A stretch of 64,000 nucleotides of DNA from a virus: positions 1 through 64,000 of IMG/VR virus record IMGVR_UViG_3300050011_000164. One strand, 5' to 3'. The first letter of the stretch is position 1, and each line of letters begins with the position of its first letter. Positions 20,601-27,374 of the stretch are shown here, one piece after another. The notes below the pieces were generated by a model. The model was given only the letters and a program-made list of their open reading frames with translations, had not been told where the DNA came from and made no database searches. Made by a program: the position numbers and the translations under genes.

Positions 20601-21067
20601 TTGTCGTCGCCCCAAGTCTCATTGGCTTTCTTGCCCCAAAGCCAACGGCATTGCCCCAACGTTCTATTGGTCTGGTTTATGATCTTGACTTCGGGCTGGG
20701 GGAGTCCTGCGGTGAGGACGCCCATCATCTCGGTGACAATGTTCTTCATCTGACCGATATCGGCGGCGGTTTTGGCAGCAGCAGATTTCTGTGTCGGGGT
20801 AAGAGTTACGAACTTCCCATCGGCAGGATCGCCAATAACGGTGCTCATTCCATCCGTATTATAGTCGTCGAAGATCGCCCAATGCTCATCCCACCAATCG
20901 GCTTCGGGGGTGCCTGCTTCACGTCGGCAGCCGAGGGTGTGGGTTTCGACAATGAAATCCCCGATTCTCTGGCTGATGCCACAGACTTGAGGATCGGTCT
21001 CATCTAACAGGTTTTGAGCCTGAAGAAGAACGTCCTTTGTATCAGGCTTTTGGAGAAGTGGGTTCAT
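8669..21067 (-). CDS. 4132-aa polyvalent protein: SprT metalloprotease, 2H phosphoesterase, ~11 ART-fold domains, GIY-YIG, papain-like C-H-D domain, HAD phosphatase, NUDIX N-terminal part
   Basis: HELCH (~20530); HITI/HVTL (~19860/19625); YHGT/YHxT or YR..YW[ST]W..ExE motifs at ~19350, 18520, 18040, 16900, 16170, 15090, 14570, 13855, 13085, 11555, 10560; VYLLHF..HYMG..R..QH (~15780); GICAEIA..HSW..IDI (~9700); DLDGT (~9385); Nudix box GG..KKGMTPQESAKEELGEETG (~8750). Confidence 0.85.
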   Translation of the reverse strand: MNPLLQKPDTKDVLLQAQNLLDETDPQVCGISQRIGDFIVETHTLGCRREAGTPEADWWDEHWAIFDDYNTDGMSTVIGDPADGKFVTLTPTQKSAAAKTAADIGQMKNIVTEMMGVLTAGLPQPEVKIINQTNRTLGQCRWLWGKKANETWGDDNTTLEIQKKVLGHEETLRRVIAHELCHHEVALLIAKPKLLEIGYETYKRYQNIFGPDGHGKEWKEVAKRFDAKYGADFVTEKSDKDTVVDDQGKEIFVLLNNYVYGRHKQRLGWQWAVGLSRQAMAYLDGIDWASGEFKLVKTTDSVFTKGRGRIKQYTGWNLPRTPEQEQKLQDLWANAPMAKFACSPIQDELDAIEGAKEANSGPHKNATAHINLSPDAAAKMYEAATQIPDEELGEDGREDEAHITIKYGIKADSALLSQVVADQKPFTVTLGKTHVFEVSESSDAQAPIVVEAHAPELEVLHDMVNKAMSTRKDDFDYKPHVTLAYVKPEAAAKYDGLDWVEGVTFEVNDITLSQKGGGQVRVPFGKPLKSAAYKPTKNVKNPTKPFTETPEFKAWFGASKVVDKHGNPLIVYHGTPSSDIQKFEKEYSGDYLAFFSTDPKFASLYSSPNKDPGGNVMPVYLKIEDPFDFRTDEGQSTALDWLEEVSPNWSEGDYEYERLVADATNKTPEELVPEDYSNYDRQAFMKQIREGNWVVLELPGFINYIKQMGHDGVILIELGTVNYAVFEANQIKSATGNTGKFDPEQGEITASHKTPPMSDTQYENPEMGEETNAYADIPECVKGVEDLPSLETLSPALFKTGAQNFKPMPFDNWCDANPMYQPDDFNEAGYRYDENVAHFSTVDFPITIYRAVQVETGTQPNLEHAGVYWTWVENSADAYFGSGSMWDQGGPHPKNPQTVILKAKVLRSTDVDWDATLLANMLNEEENEITVVAGAELRLVGIEYGDGYRKPIQKTVVAYGDDSKNLPMRGQKGIGGQDFPQLEENPLFPDEEKTARAAEEPFPIPQYLYHGTDKKNLDAILNGGLRVEFNESNIEWQKATYLACDQTTAANYAGHKGVKPENWIILQITVSNLRQDLLRPDDYDFPDVWERYSGDIEPWVKEEYGDNWALVPWEVSLKYSCQVAYLGDIPANAIKVIPTPKFGSLLKTADAESYFTGLDSIAESVIQEFDSHRNDPSYRQKWDVVPAARLKKIWNDYAKTGIVRDEKGMDDITWRILENIWKIHTNTILCGHTDQASEQFVESVMGEEYVKDLPNIEDVDYTFFDDDSGQWRLTDYALDKLVDSAIRLEQAQTAEQKLQAVDRILNIVHARSDLASWFVQGGTSTLNSLAGYKKASGSTQMLPDEVDMIADVAHGMGGKSFPKLEKTPLFPEEKKEAGKVAKQYGPVYHGTHREWSDEIQIDQYKIGKFFSSDPLVAQAYGTFVHECYLTMNKPLIVDAKGSGYSSIPTPKKLKGWVAEGMDTVDTDILAKYAYENGYDGAIIKNVYELHHESLADDYIVFKPTQVKQKGIIEPEIDPYTANKYHKQELQRRQKRDWEAKYPEEATTASTKTAASFQSFNAWLKKMGGIGKLLSEYDVDEAETYGYGLEDPSNPAEVKSYQNILRKRAVGDFRERYENLVAEYQGWQFPMDVFRCISLPKAKDAQQQHLFPDTPQAKLQQGLQAIKYQGVGIYWSWEEGAAECHWGTGGPSVTLHGVINEDNVDWEGTIYSNMFPSLGENEKEVRLLEGTQFELEGIQYDKKSGWSQPPVRTVTASVKGQVYLLHFDIDPKEEVPSSREDAKKPFHARHYMGWSENAQERIDQHYKATSGVKLIEAIHAKGISFTVARIWDNVDRDFERRMKNQGGLNRHCPICKKLGLIPASRYRGKALEKQVAPETPEAGPDFVEIEKNAAAADLANLRSYLTPSRRDMGEELARIFSGYWRQFVENEHPEFLENLDEDEYMDDFSMVSDDILSDFLEQYGSQAMQDDPANAPTFLTVDYRRDVKNAWLVHFTDHPEEIAKNGFKFGMDRVETLALTTYFKDEAKKMGGYNFAIDAHHRNLEGLGKDYGRHCVLFQANGIETYHTGDDFEQIIFWGKDAKNIIPIFNDGYSTWSIQDQDGNPLFEGGLSEVVDYAIANAASLLPKKAPKKPKAQRAVAKLAASEIPLEPGETQIPAGTVRLYHYTKSRESFESIKKRGLLASFARGDDGSGSGPSAGIWASTRPPGDTHLFVELYLSPEQISHRAEYPRKEDSPEEWAKGYHHVIANGDVPLNQIVAFHEPFHHHVRYLMEDGTWEELMERDPKIVDAANDGSAFSKAPDGEAVRWMAERYGTGKQASEKTAAEPWEMARNEYSPYPPINPETQMFEEEPQEATTERYKKNNHWEQLALAAVSEGKLAPEEAKARGLYLPGTFKPLPANLYHVTTAADQVMSGGLKTRYQLSMDQGTGLGGGTDKAVSFTDDLATAQSIYLAMVEGRKVASGEFTLQQMIDMATKGTTASRPWIYEAITWGGAYYTGDKKWNVGQPWPDHIQALLDGKKIEQVSMGKRQDQMGNAEPIGEGWMGGDGMGRWVTWMQPLSDAELQDRTFDFYKTWAAARENAGGPMNPLFFSTNIPALASTPIEQIAILQFKPIAGAMGTRESALGEWRTYSGNAVQFVSKVDPYAKTAALTPKDRVFYHGTNKEGDFTELSGLGHGIIWLAEKQDAESYANQHYQKGQSRMFKVILKPDAKIIDLRDLNEPLVQQIKKNVDVWRGSNGYPPMSDEEFVKHYTDYGVLEGRPANVELLKNNGVDGVICNDVYSGNKRGKHVSVALFNPDAIQSQTVEPIVRGSSDIVKAASDFAKFAFFIEVPKDSRGHFWDEPPAHNLEFWAFKGRPAVLPNEKVYFTFDKMPVAETTVLKVEKPGESICELTGKYEKHWKLYWEPKQFTKYARDKAPVVKTAAPTHESLLTEHDAILYHPSRARVDALPIVAEAVVERQQKTIASLLYHCKEYLRKSNRKDRKYLGEMLGEAENNLHEAEDFYATYQNTFSELGVQNDYTLSQATSAQESAIILMHRFINENAPSSREKRGSWRDVEDRYEKWIYHPDYGAFSRIGKIGPHADLVAKTMGKEMASGRKFDEVDRGYAEIDRDEKTVTLENAPSNPLEDGFIANAVVDMFKKKFPKYTILIPQESKAIGVTAAPKSIWYHGTSLKNLQSIMSQGLVPEGTEKVWADDPDASITAPSRQSYGGTYVTQNLMTATGAPNTEDKKARGGCLVVIMELQPNTMYLDEDNVTGVLGAPIKHLSDNTFHVLCYYLAATQEGAAETWQQEIEGMRDDYIGKCLTQWGSKFAERGMSFHPELKKELEKLLPSVWLAAVTRAAGHVKDNYAYIRSWDQVFYGTPKEKQRPDMNTVLPDGAEGEAAFREAAEKVTRTLRLLARPSTESSKNQLYNMNTSRVNEPIGFSGSNHILAIVEIRDRQTPAQMILHWGTIPPDFFSQWNTKFGSKYEVTDARKVQPKAKGVAASAHEDAPQVFYHGTSWEAAEQIDKEGLKAGSDSLDTKKPYVWCAIAEYAAKEYGMSTTDSEQFAVIEFIWDYSKSEPDPEHFEEGDMYRRIEGDIPRSAITKISYYNDGRVVKTAAKSKPEQVARKSYPAEHPYEAMPDPRFIWKDGMVSTSAYHEQIACVAFGEDPKKVGVTQVGRLLHETGAVRIYGDYDGWVVEAKNEPTPAQRRALGTICKGSEVVWDLGNESGKGSLGDLWRAIDQVWGEGKTAAIASKQATSYLKSQLILLKGRFAETAQKVYDEWEQDEQGVDEVLGAGGICAEIANAIAEVIARNAIDCQVTEGGQEGDDHSWLLVYDDDEAWGIDIPHSLYETGGGYNWKKIPDVTFTANDVEIFPLDIDPKQLKEGSTKDTAAPEYLPWIGVDLDGTIAYDMQPFVPLAIGPPILAMVEKIKKAIAEGHTVKVFTARLADGENRDQLQRLIRAYTKKYIGVALDSTNEKDPGMITIWDDKAREVEKNTGEFMDNPQVKGASFKEANGLKKMPAKIAVFLKQAALKDAMSKCAACSCGGCIEHDKFAAEGFGEEGFWSGEGNAASGILLICPTTGRIGLAWRSPDVDRGNCFGTIGGAVKKGMTPQESAKEELGEETGYRGGITLHPAFVFTA

Positions 21068-21068
21068 T

Positions 21069-21089
21069 CTACTTTAAGATACCAATAGT
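21069..21089 (-). promoter_or_regulatory. promoter-like motif ACTATT-GGTAT-CTT-AAAG-TAG directly before the giant ORF ATG
   Basis: Motif ends 1 nt before the ATG; no SD present. Confidence 0.5.
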
Positions 21090-21103
21090 TTCAGTGTTTT
21101 TGG

Positions 21104-21502
21104 TTAAAACAGGGTGTGACCTTTGTAGAGAGCGTGCTTCCTGAAGATACCTTTGTCCGCAATATGTTGCCGCCACTGCTCGAACGCAGGACCGTGGTCG
21201 TCCTTCATGTTCGTGGCGAGATGAATCATCTCATGTGCCATGGAACTTAGGATGCTGACCCAATCAGCCTTCTCATCCAGAACGATCTCGAAATTGTGAC
21301 GGCAGTTGGGGCAGTTCCTCTCGTTGTGGGGCCAAGTGGGAGTGTTTGGTGCATCCGCCCAGCCGTGGAAGCCCGTTTCTATCTCTCGCTTCTCCTCCCC
21401 CTGTCTTGCGTATCGAAGGCACACCCATTCGGGACATACGCCGTCGAAAAACCGCTTATTTATGTCCTTATACCAACGGCGAAGTGTGCGGTCAGACTGC
21501 AT
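21104..21502 (-). CDS. SprT-like zinc metalloprotease
   Basis: INKRFFDG, HEMIH, DHGPAF; SD AGGAG. Confidence 0.75.
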   Translation of the reverse strand: MQSDRTLRRWYKDINKRFFDGVCPEWVCLRYARQGEEKREIETGFHGWADAPNTPTWPHNERNCPNCRHNFEIVLDEKADWVSILSSMAHEMIHLATNMKDDHGPAFEQWRQHIADKGIFRKHALYKGHTLF

Positions 21503-21512
21503 TTGACGGCTC

Positions 21513-22985
21513 CTAAATTTTCTTTGTTGCCTCGGCTTTCAACTGTTGAGCAAGGGCTATAATCTCGCTACGATTTGGCAGAACCCATAACGTGCTGCTT
21601 GGCTTACCCGGAGCGAGTTTTGCCATGGCTTCTTGGATGTAGCGCGTCTCATTCCCTGAGACACCTGCGGATTCCCACGCCTTGCGGTAGTTCGCGTCGT
21701 TCAGGTCGGTCTTTTCCCAACGAGCCTTCCTGAGCGTCTCCGTAGCTTTCACGTAGATTGACCACAGTGATGTCTTACTTCCAACAATAACTCTGACGGC
21801 TTTCTCGATGTCGCCCACAGTCAGGGAGGCGGTCTTTCCCATCGACCGAGCTTTGAGATTCGTCGCCAAAGCTGCGGCAATTTCAAACCGAAGGCTTTCA
21901 TCCGTGCGGCCTTCGATGGCAAACTGAAGCTTTTCAAGCTCTCGTTCCCCTTCCTGCACCAACCTATTCAGGTTGCTCAGGGATTCCTTTTCTTCAGGCG
22001 TCAATTCGCCTTTTTCAGGCTTATAAAGCAGGTCATGGGTCACTTCAGCCCAAGCGTGCATCAGGACGGATGCGACCTGAATCTCGATCTGCGTATCGGC
22101 GTACCGAAGCTCCTTCTTGCGAAGCGTCTCGGGACGCAAGCGCACCAAATAGTGAGTCGCCGTGTAACCTAACGTGTCGCCTTCCTCGGGCTTGCTGGCT
22201 TCGGGGAAGCTCTTCGGGGGTCGCACGGGAACGAACAGCTTGTCAATGATCTGTCCAACTACCCCTCGGTCGGCGGGCATGTAGAGCGCCACACGGCAAC
22301 CAGCCAGATCGATGATGTCGTCGTCGATGTCGCGGAACGTCTTGTACAGTCTTTTCTTGTCCCGCTTGTACAATTTTTTCCTTAGCCGATCTGGGGTTTT
22401 CGCACGAGAGCTAACCACCGCCTTGATCCCCGCGTCCTGAAGTGCCTGATCTAATTTGTCCTGTACGAGGTGAGCTACTTCATCGTAGAAATCCACCTCG
22501 TGCTTGTAGTTTTTCAGGAAGGCTTCGATAACCGTATACTTCTCACCTGCGGCAACCTTACTCGCGGCGGCTTCCTTCTGCTTTTCCTTCACCGTGTCGA
22601 ACAGATACTCAAAATCAACCTCGGAAATGTCGCCCAACAGGTCCTCGCCTGCCTGTCCCACGTATGCCTCTTCAGCCTCTTCTAGCGTACTGAACCCCAG
22701 CATGATTTTGTACTCATCGAACTCGCCCTTGTCATCTAATTGCTCAACAATGTAGGCATATTCAGCATCTTCGCTGGGACCTCGGTAGATGTCGAGCTTC
22801 TCGGCGTCCCCGGCAGCCGTTGTGTCAGGGATGTAGCCGTAATCGACTTTCATCTCTGTTTTGAATGGCGTACCGTCAGGCTTTTTGCCTACTCGCGTAG
22901 ACCCTTTAGGCCATTCAATTATAACAGGAAGACCCCGAAATTCGGTAGAGTGTTCCTGCGGCAGCTTGTCAGCAACGATTTTCAC
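21513..22985 (-). CDS. inorganic pyrophosphatase-like domain fused to a RelA/SpoT-type small alarmone synthetase domain
   Basis: IEWPKGS..DYGYIPDT..DAEKLDIY..DEYKIMLG (PPase); RAKT..RLRKK, DLAGCRV, GYTATHY, EIQVASVLMHAWAEVTHDLLYK (synthetase). Linkers KVAA and KTAS. Confidence 0.85.
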   Translation of the reverse strand: MKIVADKLPQEHSTEFRGLPVIIEWPKGSTRVGKKPDGTPFKTEMKVDYGYIPDTTAAGDAEKLDIYRGPSEDAEYAYIVEQLDDKGEFDEYKIMLGFSTLEEAEEAYVGQAGEDLLGDISEVDFEYLFDTVKEKQKEAAASKVAAGEKYTVIEAFLKNYKHEVDFYDEVAHLVQDKLDQALQDAGIKAVVSSRAKTPDRLRKKLYKRDKKRLYKTFRDIDDDIIDLAGCRVALYMPADRGVVGQIIDKLFVPVRPPKSFPEASKPEEGDTLGYTATHYLVRLRPETLRKKELRYADTQIEIQVASVLMHAWAEVTHDLLYKPEKGELTPEEKESLSNLNRLVQEGERELEKLQFAIEGRTDESLRFEIAAALATNLKARSMGKTASLTVGDIEKAVRVIVGSKTSLWSIYVKATETLRKARWEKTDLNDANYRKAWESAGVSGNETRYIQEAMAKLAPGKPSSTLWVLPNRSEIIALAQQLKAEATKKI

Positions 22986-23242
22986 GAAAATGTCCTAATT
23001 TCCTATGGTTTTGGGGGGTCTCCGGGTAACCCGTCGATCCAGCATCCCTCACTAGAAGATACGGAAAGTGACTGAGTTTTTCCACGTTGGTTGGCGGAAA
23101 ATTTTTCGGCACGAATTATGGTGGAACTTGGGTATTACAAAAATGTGGGAGACTGCACCCAAAACGCGGCAGGCCATTTCCTCCCATTGGCGCTGGCGCT
23201 GCGTTTGATAAAGGGCCACTTTAGCAACTACACGTTGCATAG

Positions 23243-24505
23243 ATGTGTCCCTTCTTGGAGGAAACATTCTTGGCTAAGAAAAAAGATTCAAAGAAAGTTT
23301 CAAAGCAAACCCTCATCGCTGAAGCCCAGCGTTTAGCAACTCAGACAGACGAACTCACACGTGATTTTTTCCGCAGCAAGAGCGAGTTCAAAGACGGATG
23401 GAACATCTACTGGCCAACCTTCCAAGCCTTTCTGGCCGAAGCGAAAGTGGTTTTCAAAGTTGCAAAACCATCGCCCGACAAGCAAGTTGAGCTTGAGATC
23501 GAGAAAGTCCGCGACCGCAAGACTAACTTGAAAGCTAAATACGACGCCGCTGTTCGTCGTGCAGAACGGGCTGAAGAAACTCTATCCGTATTACAAGACC
23601 TTCGCACTCGCACGTCGCAGCATCTAAGCATCCTACCGAAAGCTGTCAGTGGCACCAGTGAGTCGGTCGCAGTGTGGGCCGCAAGCGATTGGCACATCGA
23701 AGAAAAAGTCGATTACGCCGATGTCGAAGGTCGCAACTATTTCGATTTGAGTGTCGCTCACCATCGCATTGAGATGTTCTGGCAGAATCAAATGCGCCTG
23801 ACAGACATTATGCAGAAGGACACCAACATTCCCGTTGTCTTTCTGGCCCTACTCGGTGACTTCATTACCAACACCATCCACCCTGACGTGGCCGAAAGCA
23901 ATCAACTCGGCCCGGGCGATGCGATCTGGTGGGTGCAGGAGCATCTTGTCAGTGGCATGAAGTTCGCCCTCGACAACCTCAGTAAGAACACGGTTCTCAA
24001 GGTCGCCTGTCACACGGGCAACCATGGGCGCACTACAGTGAAACAGCGCCAGAAAACGGAACCTTCAAACTCGTGGGAGAGATTGATGTACCGCGAAATG
24101 AAGATGATCTTCGACGGCGATTCAAAGTACGGCAATCGCGTCGAATGGTGCATTGCTGATGGATATCACAGCACGCACGACCTGTTCAATGGAGCCTTCA
24201 AGCTTCGTACTCATCACGGTCACGCTATCGGTTATGGCGGCGGTGTGGGCGGCATCACGATCCCCGTCAACAAGAAGATCGCCAACTGGAACATCAACAA
24301 CCCGAGAACTCCGAACCTTGACTTGTTCGGTCACTTCCACCAGTACATCGACAGCGGGACGTTCGTTACGAACGGCAGCTTGATTGGGTACAACGCCTTT
24401 GCTAACACCATCGGCGCTGCATTTGAGAAGCCGACACAGGCATTCTTCCTCATCAACAAGAAGTTCAACTCAAAGACGATGGCAACGCCGATCTTCCTCG
24501 ACTAA
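23243..24505 (+). CDS. calcineurin-like metallophosphoesterase with N-terminal coiled coil
   Basis: SDWH, LGD, GNHGR, HHGH, GHFH. True start is probably the TTG at ~23270 after GGAGG. Confidence 0.8.
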   Translation: MCPFLEETFLAKKKDSKKVSKQTLIAEAQRLATQTDELTRDFFRSKSEFKDGWNIYWPTFQAFLAEAKVVFKVAKPSPDKQVELEIEKVRDRKTNLKAKYDAAVRRAERAEETLSVLQDLRTRTSQHLSILPKAVSGTSESVAVWAASDWHIEEKVDYADVEGRNYFDLSVAHHRIEMFWQNQMRLTDIMQKDTNIPVVFLALLGDFITNTIHPDVAESNQLGPGDAIWWVQEHLVSGMKFALDNLSKNTVLKVACHTGNHGRTTVKQRQKTEPSNSWERLMYREMKMIFDGDSKYGNRVEWCIADGYHSTHDLFNGAFKLRTHHGHAIGYGGGVGGITIPVNKKIANWNINNPRTPNLDLFGHFHQYIDSGTFVTNGSLIGYNAFANTIGAAFEKPTQAFFLINKKFNSKTMATPIFLD

Positions 24506-24636
24506 TATGAAAGAAGCAATCAACGTTGGCTACTATCGCTTGGTAACCCCCTCCGCGAATGACAAAGCGGAGGTCAATAGAATTGTCGCCGAATTTACGG
24601 GACGGTTTGAAAAAGCGATTGACGAGGCGCTGCAAT

Positions 24637-25669
24637 CTAAGAAACTTTAAGCTTGCGGTTGTGACGAACCTCGATGGCAAGCATTTGGTGCTCGCCGCCC
24701 ATCACGTCCTGAATCTCGTTGATCTCCATGAAGCGGTTCCAGCACCGCATACGCTCCTCTTCGAGAGCGTCCATCTCGACGTTGTATCCATCATAGGTGC
24801 AAAGCAACTCTTCGTCGCTCAGTGATCTGACTTTATTGCAGAACTCTTCGCTAGGCAGCTTCGTCATTAGAGTTCCACCCCGTCGTCCAGATACTTTTTC
24901 TCGCCGCAGAAGCACTCGACTGTGGCGCTGTCGCCGAGGCCGCTCGGGACAAAGATGATCTTGCAATGTGCGCCCGAGAAGTCGGGCACGACCTTACAAG
25001 TCTTCCGATGTTCCTCTTGCCAAGCGGAGTATTGCTCTACCTGTGTGTCGTTCAGTGTGAATGTTCTCATGAACCCATCTTACCACGGGTGCGAGGCAGT
25101 AGTCAAAAAGGTTCCCGTCACGTTCTCGCGCCCGCGCCAGCCGAGTGAGCGGGCCTTAGCGATGGTCTTACGGTAGGAGAGTTTGTCGGGTACGAACTGG
25201 AATGCGCGTTGATCCCTGATGGCGACTTTGTTCGTGCGGGCGTTGAACCCGAGCCAGCCTTCGAGGAGCCAGTAGCACATGTAGTAACACAGGTTCGGCT
25301 GCTTGACATCCGCCGTGCGCTTGCTTCCGCAGACTTGGCAACAGGGGATGGTCATTACTTGCTCTCCACGTAGCCCGCGCCGTCTACCCAAACGCGGTGA
25401 ACATGCTCGGTGGTGTTGTCTTTCGCACTGTAGCCGCTGGATTCATCCTTCGCCTGACCCTTGGTGAAATAAGGTCCGCAGAGCACGCCAACGACCTTTG
25501 GGTCAGCGGCGATGTCGCGTTCCCGCATCTGCTTAATCGTGCCACGCTCAGTCACGACTACGTACCAGTCCGTCGTGCCGAACATTTTCTTGTCCTGTGG
25601 GCTGATGCGGAACTCGGCGGCTGCTTTCTCGCGGGTCTCGTTGGCTTCCAGTTGGCGGTCAGTGTTCAT
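24637..25669 (-). CDS. four small hypothetical genes (24637-24867, 24867-25070, 25080-25355, 25355-25669)
   Basis: Tightly coupled TAATG overlaps; two are preceded by -10 boxes 6 nt before the ATG. Confidence 0.55.
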
Positions 25670-25737
25670 ACCCCTATTATACCCAAAAAGATGTCAAAAT
25701 CGATAGGATTTTAGGGGTTTATTGCCTTTGTTTTCAA

Positions 25738-26670
25738 CTACCTAGTGGGGGAGTTGACGTTGATTGTCATCGAACCGTCACCGCTGGTAAAGCTGGCGCT
25801 TTTATGGCCGAATTGTTTGTCAATGGCACCCAAACAATCGTCACGAAAACAATCCTTCGTACTCGGCTTGTCGTAGTCGTGCTCGATCTTGGGCGGCGGC
25901 GAAGACTCCATTTGTCGCTGTGCTTCCCGAGGAATGCTCTGATACGCACGCCCAACCGTGGTCGTAGTTACCGCCTCTACTTCTCCATTTGAATCCGTCT
26001 CCACTACCTGTACGGGCTGAGCGGCGACGGCTGCAATCGGAGGGGGTAAAGCGGCTGCGGCTGGAGCGGGTAAAGCGGCTGCGGCTGGAGCGGGATCGGC
26101 GGGGATAACGGGTGCTGGTGCCGCAAACAGGCTGGCCGTTGCCATGTTGAACTCTTCGTTGCTGACCATAATCTGTTCCATCTGCTTGATCTGCTCTGCC
26201 TGTATCTCGATTGTGCGGATAGTGTTCTGCATCCTGATTTGGTCGAGGGTCGGTCCACGTTGGCTAAAGCTGAAAGCCATGACCCCCGCGAAGATCGCCG
26301 TCACCACTCCCACGAATTTGAAAAAGCCAAACTTTGTGGCGGTTTCCACCGCTTTCGCCGCTTCAACCACCTTGGGCTCAGTCTTCAACATCTTGTCGGC
26401 GAGCTTTTTCACATCCTCCCATTTGCCATTGAACCATTGCTCGGCATCGGCTTCGCTCATGCCGTAATGCATCAAATGTCCCATGACATGTTTCCGCCAC
26501 TCTTCACGGGCGGCGTCAGTGGACGACTTCGCCGTACCACTGCACGCTTGATGAAACTCTTTCCAAGTCCCTTCTACGTCGCCCTGTCCCCTTGATGCGG
26601 CTTCGGCGACTTTTTGAAAGGTCTGGAAAGCTTTCTTGTGGATGTTGATGACGGCTGATTCGAATGACAT
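25738..26670 (-). CDS. membrane-anchored protein with Pro/Ala-rich linker
   Basis: Start MSFESAV coupled to the upstream stop; TM segment FVGVVTAIFAGVMAF; PAPAAAAL repeats. Confidence 0.6.
   Translation of the reverse strand: MSFESAVINIHKKAFQTFQKVAEAASRGQGDVEGTWKEFHQACSGTAKSSTDAAREEWRKHVMGHLMHYGMSEADAEQWFNGKWEDVKKLADKMLKTEPKVVEAAKAVETATKFGFFKFVGVVTAIFAGVMAFSFSQRGPTLDQIRMQNTIRTIEIQAEQIKQMEQIMVSNEEFNMATASLFAAPAPVIPADPAPAAAALPAPAAAALPPPIAAVAAQPVQVVETDSNGEVEAVTTTTVGRAYQSIPREAQRQMESSPPPKIEHDYDKPSTKDCFRDDCLGAIDKQFGHKSASFTSGDGSMTINVNSPTR
26044..26091. repeat. 24-nt tandem duplication encoding a PAPAAAAL repeat
   Basis: gggtaaagcggctgcggctggagc occurs twice in tandem. Confidence 0.8.
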
Positions 26671-26951
26671 TAGGCTACCACCCGACGAGGCGGGAGATTC
26701 GCCGCCCAAACCGCCGCTATGGGGGCGACGATAGACATTGCAAGACCACCCGCATCTACAACGCGGTTCATCTCAGCAAGAGTACCTGAATCAGGCATCA
26801 GGATGCGAATCGCGATGAATCCCAATACGACGACAAATGAGAACGCTCCGAAAGCGTAGAAAAATGAGCGTAAACGTTGTGAGCTTTTGCGAATTCCATC
26901 AATCAAAAGCCAGAGACAAACGAGCATGACGAGCAATGCGATGTATTCCAT
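26670..26951 (-). CDS. small 3-TM membrane protein
   Basis: Hydrophobic ORF; TGGTATAAT-7 nt-ATG(26951). Confidence 0.6.
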   Translation of the reverse strand: MEYIALLVMLVCLWLLIDGIRKSSQRLRSFFYAFGAFSFVVVLGFIAIRILMPDSGTLAEMNRVVDAGGLAMSIVAPIAAVWAANLPPRRVVA

Positions 26952-26999
26952 AGCAATCATTATACCACGAGGGATTGAGTGGGGTATCCCACTAAAGTG

Positions 27000-27374
27000 C
27001 TACTCTTCGGTTCTGTCCAGACGCCGTAGCGTATGTTCGAGAAGAATGCGGCCTGTCTCGGTGTCGGGCACCAGATTGCCGTCAATGGCAAAGAACCCCC
27101 GCTCGTCAATTTCCACAACGGGCGGCTTGGGTAGTTCGACAACTACGGGCTCGAAGTCCCGCTTGAACATTCCAGCGGGCGGCTCGGGTAGCGGGCCGCA
27201 GGACTTCTCATACTCTTCCAGTCGTCTGATGACCTCGGGATCGAGCGGCGGGGGTGGGATGAGTGTGTAGCCCTCGATCTCCCTCGGGTGGACAATCTTA
27301 AGTCCCTCTCTGCCGTCCTCATCAGTAAAGACGACAAGCACTTCATCCATATTTTCGATTCTGACAAGCCTCAT
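27000..27374 (-). CDS. Pro-rich hypothetical protein
   Basis: ATGA overlap with the upstream gene. Confidence 0.5.
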   Translation of the reverse strand: MRLVRIENMDEVLVVFTDEDGREGLKIVHPREIEGYTLIPPPPLDPEVIRRLEEYEKSCGPLPEPPAGMFKRDFEPVVVELPKPPVVEIDERGFFAIDGNLVPDTETGRILLEHTLRRLDRTEE

